Shown here piece by piece: positions 24,545 to 34,504 of a DNA stretch of 64,000 bases (position 1 is its first letter; each line of letters begins with the position of its first letter). The notes below the pieces were generated by a model that saw only the letters and a list, made by a program, of their open reading frames with translations, made no database searches and had not been told where the DNA came from. The DNA comes from Octopus sinensis. Its lineage: Eukaryota. The stretch lies in contig NC_043005.1 of the NCBI RefSeq assembly GCF_006345805.1, positions 60,140,001 through 60,204,000 of the forward strand, read 5' to 3'. The position numbers were made by a program, and so were the translations under genes.

Positions 24545-25309
24545 ATATATATATTAATCAAAGGAATTTCAACTTTGATTTTGACGTTTTATTTACAATC
24601 ATATAATAACATAATATGAAATAATATGATATAATGAAATGATAGAAATCTAAATGTTCATACTGATTGAACTAATACTTTTATGCATCAAACTATCAAA
24701 TCTTCAGGCTCATATAATAGTGGTGACAGTTATCTTTTACAATTTACAGCTGTAGTGAGATGGCTAAAATGTGTGCCTTAAATACATTTGTATAGACTCC
24801 ACAATGTCAAGTTTTGCAAACTGTATTCTGACCAATCCGTGTGTTGCTTCACTAAAGTTGATTCAAGTTTGTTTAAGTGTCACGGTTTGTTAGACATGTC
24901 AAGAGACCTGTAATTTGACCCTGGCCAAAGCAGTAATTGTTTTGCTATTTTTCGAAATGTATTCATTTCCCAGAGATTTCTACATTTCAATTACCATCGC
25001 CATCTTTATTATTGTTGTGTTTGTTGTTGTTGTTGATGGTGTTGACGGTGGTGGAGGTGGTGGTGATGGTTGTGCTAGAAGTAGCTGTGGTAATAAAACC
25101 TTAAACCCTAAATAAGATTATTTTTACTGACTTTTCTCTTGACTTAGCTAGTATTTTCCTGTTATCGTCATTATGAGAAATGTTCATATTGATTGAGCTA
25201 GTACCTTCATGCATCAAACTATACATTAAACTATGTATTCTTGTTGTTGCTGTAGGTGGTAGTGGTCGTAGCAGTAGAAATAATACCTCTAAATAATATT
25301 ATTATTATT

Positions 25310-25960
25310 TTTTAGCTTTGGTGATAAGTTATCAATAAAGTTCTTTGCTCTGATGTTTCTCTCGATTCCGCTTTGTATGTGTAGATTGCTGAATAGAAAT
25401 ATAAATATTTTCCGACCACATGTTGCTAGATGGTTACTCAAAGGTATCTGACAGACATCTGGGTGTTTAATTTGCTGTCGGTGTACACGTCAACGTTCGG
25501 ATATTGCATTTTCACTCTGACTCACATATAGTTCTTCACAATTCGGGTATTAGGTACTTCCGAGGAAGAATAGGTGTCGTTAAAAAATTGATTTCAGATG
25601 CGTTTCAGCATATTTTTCGCATTTATATGCCTTCCAGAACTTTTGTTTTCTTATGTTAAGAAATGTTTTCTATGTCTAGCACATCCCTTTTCTTTTTTTT
25701 CTTTTAGATGAGCGTCGTATTCCAGATATCTCTCGTTTATCTCTGACATCCAAGGATGTTGTGGTAGATCGTAAAAGCGTTGATATAATTTCAACTAATT
25801 CTTAATTCCAGAGTTTTTTTGTGTTCAGTTATCAGTTTTCCGTCTGTAGACTGCTTTACTATTTCTTTTAAAATAGAGGATTGAGTGTCAATCATTGCGA
25901 TGCGCGTTGGTAATTTCGATAAAATTTCAATTAGAATTCTTTCTGATTCTGTTAATTTTG
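25310..25960 (-). mobile_element. Penelope-like element remnant (RT C-terminus + GIY-YIG)
   Basis: PNCEELYVSQSENAISER*RVHRQQIKHPDVCQIPLSNHLATCG; similar to the 40150 and 49065 copies. Confidence 0.7.
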
Positions 25961-26703
25961 TTTGTTGCTTTGTTAACATTTTGATATATACACAATAGGA
26001 ATATATATATACAGACGCGTATGTATGATTGTGTGTACATGAATATATTAATCGAAGGAATTCCAACATTGTTTGATTTTCACTCTTATAATAACATAAT
26101 ATATAGCTGGTCCAGCTTGCCCTACCCACCATCTAAGCAATTGTATTGAACTTGTTTTGAAACCACTATGTACCTACATATCTAGTTTCATTCAGGATAG
26201 CATCGACTACCTATCCCATCTTCCCAAAACAACAGAAGCAAATTCACTTTTAATTAGTTAAGCATCTGTATCCACTCAAAACAAATTCATTCACTCACCG
26301 CAAATTGTGGACTCTCGCAATGTTTGCATGAAGTTACTGAGTTTAGGAAACGGTCTTAGTCGGTCACCAGTTGACTTCCACCATATATACGTAAAAGAAT
26401 GCGGTATATAATGTAAGGAAAGAATTCAACAGCTATTGGAATTAAGCGAGGTACATGATATAACTGTAACCGGTTTTCTCAACGAGTAGTAAAGCTTATT
26501 TGTACAAATAGTTATAGCTACAGGTCGTGCTTTTGTAGTGATGCTGCCACATTTTATCGATGGTTAGCGGCATCATAAATTACATCTATCTACCTGTCTG
26601 TCTGTCTATCTACCTGTCTGACAATCTGTCTGTCTGTGTGCCTGTCCCTCTCAGTATGTGTATGTGTGTATGTCTCTCTCTCACTCTGTATATAGATAGA
26701 TAT

Positions 26704-26930
26704 GGTTGGCTGGCGTTAAATATTGACTTCAATGTTTGGCACAACAACAGCATTTTCAAGGGAAGAGGAAATTCGATTACATCGCCCTCAGTGCGCGAGC
26801 TGTTCTTATTTTATCGGCTCCGAAAGGATGAATGGTACAGTCACTAACAGCGGAAACTGAACTCGGAACGCAAACACAGAGGAAATGTCACTGAGAATAT
26901 TGCCAAGCATGGTAACGATTCTGCCAGCTC
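26704..26930 (-). mobile_element. SINE copy
   Basis: Reverse complement of the ggcgagctggcagaatcg family; ends gattctgccagctcgacc. Confidence 0.75.
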
Positions 26931-27366
26931 GACCCACTTTCTGTTTTAATTAATGCTCATAATTAACGCAAATACAATATTAAAGATAATTTGAAACAAG
27001 AGAATTAGAAAGAATGGGGGAATGGAACTAGTTGCATTAAGCTGCTAAACATTAATTGATTGACTATTCCCAATGAATCAAGCACTTTCCATTGTAAATA
27101 AATTATATACATCATTCAGTATCTTTTCGTTACGTATTATTTTTCTCCTTTTATTTGAAAACGCTAAATATAAGTTATGTTTATGTATTTGCTTTGCACG
27201 ATTCCTGAAGTGATATCATGTTTTGAAACACATAATGTTTATATTTCAGGATGATCACTTCAGCTTTATTTCTATAAAGCTGAGGAGTGAAGAACGAGTG
27301 TATAGTGCGTGTGTTTATTTTGAAAAGAAAATTAAAAAATAAAAATATATATCCTCGTAGAATATT

Positions 27367-27778
27367 TATTTATTTATTACCCACAGGGGGATAAAAATAG
27401 AGACGACAAACAAGAACAGGCAAAGGAATGAAGTCGATTACATCGACCCGAGTGCGTAACTGGTACTTATTTAATCGACTCCGAAAGGATGAAAGGCAAA
27501 GTTGACCTCGGAAGGACTTGAACTTAAAACCTAACAGCAGACGAAGTACCTATTTCTTTACTACCCACAAGGGGCTAAACGCAGACAGGAGAAACAAGGA
27601 CAGACAAACAGATTAAGTCGATTATATCGACCCCAGTGCGTAAGTGGTACTTATTGAATCGACCCCGAAAGGATGAAAGGCAAAGTCGACCCCATCGGTA
27701 TTTGAACTGAGAACGTAACGGCAGACGAAATACCGCTAAGCATTTTGCCCGGAGTGCTAACATCTGCCTGCTCGCCGA
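27367..27778 (-). mobile_element. Head-to-tail SINE dimer
   Basis: Same two-unit structure and junction (27549/27550) as 17370-17771. Confidence 0.9.
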
Positions 27779-28287
27779 ATTATTACAGTAACTGAATATA
27801 AGCGTTTTGCGAAAATATATTATTTCAGTATTCTAGTCTTTCATACAGGTGTATATACATACATGCATACATACATGCGCGCGAACACACACAACACACT
27901 CACAAATATACACAATAAATTTCTCCCTACTTGCTGTATGCGTGTTGTTGTTTGTGTATTTGTGTAGTTTGTGCGTTTGCGTGCCTGCGTGCATGAGAGT
28001 GAGAATGTGTGTCTTATAGCTACAAAACATGGAATACAACAAATTCCGTCGACAAGAATATACCAAACACACTATTATTTTACTGTAATATTCAATATTT
28101 TTCTCATTTCGTATTCGGTACATGATTACATACAAATATGTAAATATATTTAGTACCTACTTTATATACATGCTTTAATTTGAAGTACGACTTTCCGTTT
28201 ACTGTTACTTCAACAACATTACGACCAAACACTAATTTTTCCGATTTACAAATTTCTCTCCTTGCTGGGATCCCATCTGGAAAGGTC

Positions 28288-28341
28288 TAGTCGAAGGAAT
28301 ATACCAGAGTGCTTCATTTTAGAGCCTGAAACGCTAGACTA
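28288..28341 (+). other. Decayed hammerhead-like motif
   Basis: TAGTC [core mostly deleted] GA AGG...CCT GAAAC GC TA GACTA; stem I (tagtc/gacta) and stem II (agg/cct) still pair. Confidence 0.4.
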
Positions 28342-28682
28342 TATATATGAATATATATATATATATATGAAATTTCGAGAATGATCCGGTTCTTGACTGA
28401 AGATTGAAGGCTTCGAATGTCCCGTCCGTGTTTTTTGTATCGTCTTCTAATGTTTTGCGTTCTTGTCCCAGTTTGTATTTTTTTACATATACACACACAC
28501 ACGTATATATATATATATATACAAAATTTAAAGGACTGACCACTAAAAGTGGACGGTCAACATGCTAGATATAGACGTCGAATCGCTATTTTCCACAAAG
28601 AATATGTTCTCAAATAAAAAAAACTCAGCACAAACCAAAGTATTAAAAATAAGCAAGACAAATGAAAATATACGAAATAAAA

Positions 28683-28765
28683 ATGATTACCTATGTACCG
28701 ATGAGTTTCGATTGTTAATATCCACACATATGTATATCTGCAATCTCATCAGCATAGTATGTCAT
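28683..28765 (-). ncRNA. Intact type I hammerhead ribozyme
   Basis: Minus strand: AUGA CAUA CUAUG CUGAUGA GAUUG [26-nt loop] CAAUC GAAAC UCAUCG GUA^ CAUAG GUAA UCAU. Perfect core; 5-bp stem II with G10.1-C11.1; stem III A-U/C-G/U.G; stem I of 5 bp + 4x4 internal loop + 4 bp. Predicted cleavage between 28696 and 28695. Confidence 0.85.
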
Positions 28766-28850
28766 ATAGAAATACAATTTTAAATTTATATATATATATA
28801 TATATTTAAATATCTGTAAATATAATATGTGACAATTATTCGGTAGCTAT

Positions 28851-28890
28851 GTTAAAACCCCGAGTTTCGGATGATTGACTCATTATTAAT
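28851..28890 (-). other. Decayed hammerhead-like motif in tandem with the intact one
   Basis: Minus strand: UUAA UAAUGA GUC AAUCA UCC GAAAC UCGGG GUU UUAA; core and stem II mutated. Confidence 0.45.
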
Positions 28891-28924
28891 TATCTTATAA
28901 CAGCAATGCCTGGGAAAATAATGG

Positions 28925-29442
28925 ATTACAAGGAAACATACGAGCATGAAAAGTCATATTCTTAAGATTATAAACTTGGAAATGTACAGGACAAGTTATT
29001 ACCCATGTAAAGGTATAGGACAATCTATTGCTTCTGGTAAAGTAAAGGATAAAAAACTTTTTACTTAAAATATTCCAGCTAAAATTAGAATTTTATTATT
29101 AAAAATTAATCCATTGTAGTTTACAAATCACGCTATTCCTATTTAAGTAGATTTTGGCTAATTTACTACCTTAAATACTGAAAATAAGTGACTAATTAGA
29201 CAAACTTACAAACAAGCTGAACAGTTTTATATAATAAATTTAAAAGATGAGAACTGTTAAGAGTGATGAATTAGAAGAACTGGTATTCTTAGCTGTAATA
29301 TTTTAAGTAAAATATTTCTTATTCTTTACTTTAGTAAAATAGCTAGTCCTCTACTTTTACAGGTGTAATAACTTGTCCTGTATTTTTCCAGGTTTATAAT
29401 CTTAAGAATATGACTATTCATGCTCGCATTTTTCCATGTAAT
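28925..29442. mobile_element. Foldback/MITE-like element with ~165-bp inverted arms
   Basis: 28925-29090 matches the reverse complement of 29281-29442 (gagcatgaa.agtcatattcttaagattataaac.tggaa...acaggacaagttattac); non-coding AT-rich spacer. Confidence 0.85.
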
Positions 29443-29616
29443 ACGTACTTATTTGATATTTACCTTCAAAAAGCAACGAAAAAGCGACGTTTAATCTTTG
29501 AATTATTTCTTTATTTCTTTATATACTATACCTGGACACCTTATAATCTGTTTTAACAGCATTTGTTAATGTAAGGTTAATTAGTAAGTAGGGCTGCATC
29601 TTTTAATATGTTTATA

Positions 29617-30907
29617 CGAGGGACGTTCAATAAGTAATGTCTCTGACCCACTTGCACTTGTTTGATCTAGCTGAAATTTTGCCTGTGCAATTATTTATGT
29701 CTCTATAGATTAAGTGGCAAATTGCAGCTCTGAATTAATTGTGGTTTCTGATTTACAGGTGTTTGAACCGAGTCAAGTGTGAGATGGAGCCTGTTGAGTG
29801 TCGAGCAGTGATCCGGTTTTTGTATTTGAAAGGACGCACACCACGGGAGACTTTTGATGAAATGAAAGTAACTCATGGTGATGATGCCCCATCATATGAC
29901 CTTGTAAAACGCTGGCATCGTGAATTCAAACATGGTCGGAACTCTGTGGAAACAGCTCGCAGATCTGGTCGCCCCCTTCTGCCATTGATGAGGCATCTGT
30001 CCATCAAGTTGAGGCTGCCATTTTGGAAGATCGACGCATAATTCTTCGCCAAATAGCCCATGAGGTCAAGATTAGTACCGGGTCTGTGGAAACTATCATT
30101 CATGACCATTTGCATATGCAAAAGGTGTCTGCCAGATGAATTCCCAGGTTGCTCACGCCTTTCCAGAAGCAAGAACGCGTCGAGTGCTCGAGGGTGAATT
30201 TGGAGATGTGCCAAGAAGATGAGTCAACATTTTTCAAAAGACTGATTACACAGGATGAAACCTGGATCCATCACAATGATCCAGAGACCAAATCCCAGTC
30301 AATGCAGTGGAAGCACCGTGACTCACCCCCTCCAAAGAAGGCAAGGGTGCAGCCCTCCTCTGGCAAGGTCATGCTCACAGTCTTCTGGGACCAGGACGGA
30401 GTAGTGATGACATATTTCCTGGCAAAGGGTACCACAATTGCAGGAGCCTATTATGCTTCACTTTTGAGGAAATTAAGAGAAGTTATCAAAATCAAGAGGC
30501 GGGGCAAGATCAGCAAAGGCATCCTCCTCCTGCAGGACAACGCTCCGGTCCACAACTCGCTTGTCGCCAGATCAGAAGCACAGGCGTATGGCTATGAACT
30601 CCTCCCTCATCCCCCTACTTTCCTGACCTTGCACCCTCTGATTTTCACCTCTTCCCAGTCATGAAGTTGTTTTTGAAAGGAAAGCGTTTCCCAGATGATG
30701 CAGCCTTGATTTCTGAAGTCACGTTCAGGTTGGAGGACCAAGCTGGGGTCTTCTACAAAAACGGTCTGCAGAGCCGCATCAAACAATGGGAGAAATGCGT
30801 AACACTGGGTGGTTCCTATGTAGAAAAAGACTAATAACTGGGCCAAGTTTCGTTGCTCTACTGCTATGGGTAGTGGGTCAGGGGCATTACTTATTGAACG
30901 CCCCTCG
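29617..30907 (+). mobile_element. Full-length mariner transposon (1291 bp, irritans/Hsmar2-like TIR)
   Basis: TIR cgagggacgttcaataagtaatg / cattacttattgaacgcccctcg; TA TSD at 29615-29616 and 30908-30909. Confidence 0.95.
29784..30834 (+). pseudogene. Mariner D,D34D transposase pseudogene
   Basis: MEPVECRAVIRFL...TQDETW...QDNAPVH...HPP/YFPDLAPSDF...GGSYVEKD*. Two 1-nt deletions (about 29975 and 30615) and a TGA in the SAR(W)IPR motif at about 30137. Confidence 0.93.
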
Positions 30908-31191
30908 TATATATATTTGTCATATATTTTTATAGATTTGCATAATATGTCGAAAATAAATGTCTATTATATTTCTAATATTATTAGTGTGTCTATAATT
31001 TTGAAATGTTTGGTATTGTTTCGATCTTGGATAATGTTTTCATTGTTTCAGCATAGAATATTTATAATGAGAGATGCATTAAATATATTAGAATTACACC
31101 TTTTAGCTCGATTTATATTGTAACTTTCTAAATTGTCGAGCATGTCTGACTTCTCATCTTTAATTAGAAAATATCTATATACATACACATA

Positions 31192-31258
<67 letters not shown>

Positions 31259-31346
31259 ATACATATGTACATATATATTCATACGTACATACATACATTC
31301 ATACATACATACACACACATATATATATATATATGCGAACGTATAT

Positions 31347-31382
<36 letters not shown>

Positions 31383-31386
<4 letters not shown>

Positions 31387-31527
31387 CTTTATTACCCACA
31401 AGGGGCTAAACACAGAGGGGACAAACAAGGATAGACAAACGGGTTAAGTCGATTACATCGACCCCAGTGCGTAACTGGTACTTAGATAGATAGATAGATA
31501 GATAGATAGATATATAGATAGATATAT

Positions 31528-31610
<83 letters not shown>

Positions 31611-31770
31611 CGGCAGACTTCCTTCAGTTTCCATTTACCAAATGTACTCACAAAGCTTTGGTCGGCTCGAAGATATAGTAGAAAACACTTGCCAAAATGC
31701 TACACATTAAGATTGAATTTGTAACCATGTGGATAGGTTACAACATTCTTACCACTTAGCCGCCTTGCAT
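31383..31770 (-). mobile_element. Chimeric SINE: 7977-family head + (TCTA)n + 9456-family tail
   Basis: 31611-31770 is the reverse complement of the 7977-8150 head; (TAGA)n at 31483-31610; 31383-31482 is the reverse complement of the 17370-family tail. Confidence 0.75.
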
Positions 31771-32606
31771 CTTCATGCACCTACATTATGTAGTGTTCAC
31801 TCCCAAGTCAGTATTCAAATTGATCAAGGGTCGACTCTGACTTTCGTGTGTTAGTAGACCGTAATGTACAAACTGATATAACTAGTATTAAATTAATATC
31901 CCACAAAATTGTTCATTAGACCGATATATATAACTTGAAACAAATACAAACATAGAAACGAAATGTTTTGTCATATTTACATTTATTATATTACTTCAAG
32001 CGATTTACTAACCGGACAGTCTAACAAAAAGGACATCAATATTCGTTTATGTGAATGTGAGACAACATAATTAACCTTTGTCAATATTCTGATTTGCAGA
32101 AGTCCATCTATCAATTTATTTGGTTTATCACTGTTACCTTAGATGAATACATTTATGTACTAATTGACAGAACTTAATCACTAACATCAGCATTGCAGGC
32201 ACCTATCATGATTCATATATTATGTCTTATGTTGTTTGAAAGGAGTGAAGCTTCCGCATGCACCGGCTACAATCACGTACGTTCTATATATACCTTTAAT
32301 TAATGGATCTACTCTTCGAGACATTTATCGTTTCTCTCATGTCTCATTATACTCAGGTATGCTTCTTTTCAAATGAATAATTTGTCCGGTGAAGTTTACA
32401 CCGTCATCTGTCTTAAAACAGAGGCAGCGTAAAGAGAATTAATTCATAATTCTAAGCTATAGAATTCTGAATGACGAAACCTGACGGGCACAAGTATCAG
32501 CCAATTCGATCGGTTCCATTAATTAACTGGTACACAATTATAGAATCTACTTAAAGTCAGACAAAATTACCTCGACAGAGTTTCATCGTAAAATACTGGG
32601 ACTTGA

Positions 32607-34248
32607 TACTGCATAGGATCAAATTTAAAACATTTCATCCATAAATTGTGAGTTCAGGAGATATGATAATTATTATAAAACAACAAAAGTTTTATTGTCT
32701 GCTATCCAGACAAATGGTGCTGTACTAAATTAAATCGAGTACGATGATTACGAATCTGAACTCAGAATTGCTGCAGCCCGTCGGAATTTTGAATTATGCA
32801 TATAATTATATATTAATGCGTTATTAGAATCAAGAATAGTTACGTTCAAGGCAAATAATTATCATAATAGTATATTAGTACTTTATATAGGGAATTTATG
32901 TTCTAGATAAATATTATTATAATATAATTGTGCGTTGTATGTTTATGTTAAGGGAACACTCATTCTATTTTTGATATGCTCAATTCAGAAATGTTTGAGA
33001 CACTTGCTCTTGCGCTTATGCGTCGTGCTGGTCTCCCGTTGTAGAAACCAGCAGTAGTCACCCATCATGTGTGGATTGATTCGGGCTTGATACCTCGTTT
33101 CCACCTCAGATATGTCCTAATGGAACCTCTCACTATGCTCATCACTAAGGGCACCAAGATTCGTTGGAAAAAATCGAGAAGAGAATGCAAGAAGTGCATT
33201 TTAAGGGACATTCGGCATCTCATTCTTTCCTACCCTGTTAGCATGTTGTTTATTAAATCAGCATAGTTTTCAGCCCTATGATTTCCAAGAAAGTTCTGTA
33301 CAACTAATACGAATGGATTCCATACCGTCAGCTCAACTGTATTCAATTTACCTCTGAATTTATTAACATATATCAATTCTCTGATCTCAGGTCCAATGAA
33401 AATGCCTGCTTTAATTTTTCAAATGAAGCATGTGAGAGGGGAACTGAGACAGGGTTCTCGAAGTCATGTGGGACCAGTTTTAGGGCTGGCTTACAATTTG
33501 CATACACAATTTTTGCTTTGGTCTTCTTTGAGAACACATGCAAAGTCATGCAAAAGTAACAATCAGAGACATGATAGGCTGGCTCACGCCATACCATTAG
33601 TACAGCAGAAGACATGTGCTTCCGTTTTCCGTTCAGCCACTGTGTAAGCCCTGAGTAACACACAGTGCAAGATTTATGAGGCACCCACCTCTTGTCTTGG
33701 ACCCCAACTATACACCCGAAATAATATTTATAGGAAGTTTTTAATTTAGTGGCAATGTTCTTCAGCTTGTCATACGGAGAAAATTTTCCAGACAACAAGA
33801 ATTGTCAGGGTGATTCACACGGCCTCTTCTATTGATGATTTAACACGATGAACACAGTTAAAACAATAATCACGCAAAGGGAGAGATATACATACCACAC
33901 GTGACGGCAGCGCAAACGACGCTGAGAGTTACCAAGAACAAACTGACGTATTTGGCATTGCATTCAATACATCAGTGCCATCTTTTGCTAAACTAAATAA
34001 TAAACTGTTTCATTATTTCTTGTTATTTCTGTTATTTCTTTAATTTTCAATTAAGAACGATTTCATTTTAGCAAATTTTATAATACGGCTTATATCTAGC
34101 CGAAAGTGTTGTTATAATATTGCGCATGCGTATAACTTAAAATCCTGAAGTATTTAAACAATTCTCAGTGCGGATCCGGAATCAGAATCCTCGATTTAGT
34201 GTAAAACACATGCTTGTCCCCCAGTAGCACAATCTTTGTTTTCCAGTG
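32607..34248 (-). mobile_element. Internally deleted Chapaev3-like (CMC) DNA transposon
   Basis: N-terminal GVQDKRWVPHKSCTVC...WREPAYHVSDCYFC (33373-33830) joined almost directly to C-terminal MSLKMHFLHSLLDFF..LGALSDEHSERFH*DISEVETRYQ..MMGDYCW (32995-33265). Right terminus CAGTG; subterminal inverted match between 32720-32770 and 34150-34205. Family assignment is from recalled consensus; left end approximate. Confidence 0.75.
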
Positions 34249-34424
34249 TAATTGATGAAAAACCTCCATATTTCATTTTCAATCCTCGTAGTGTTGCATG
34301 AATATAGTATATCATTACTCTATTCATATCACCGAAGTCTTTTGTCAACTGGATGTAAATGTACCTCTGTGCCATCCTTGAAAAGAATGTATCATATTCA
34401 GGTATTTGTTATAAACATATGTAT

Positions 34425-34504
<80 letters not shown>

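Noticed and set aside
32243-32356. Phase 1-1 open segment GVKLPHAPATITYVLYIPLINGSTLRDIYRFSHVSLYS
   Set aside because: Splice signals are plausible, but there is no recognisable homology or partner exon; chance is likely in 64 kb.
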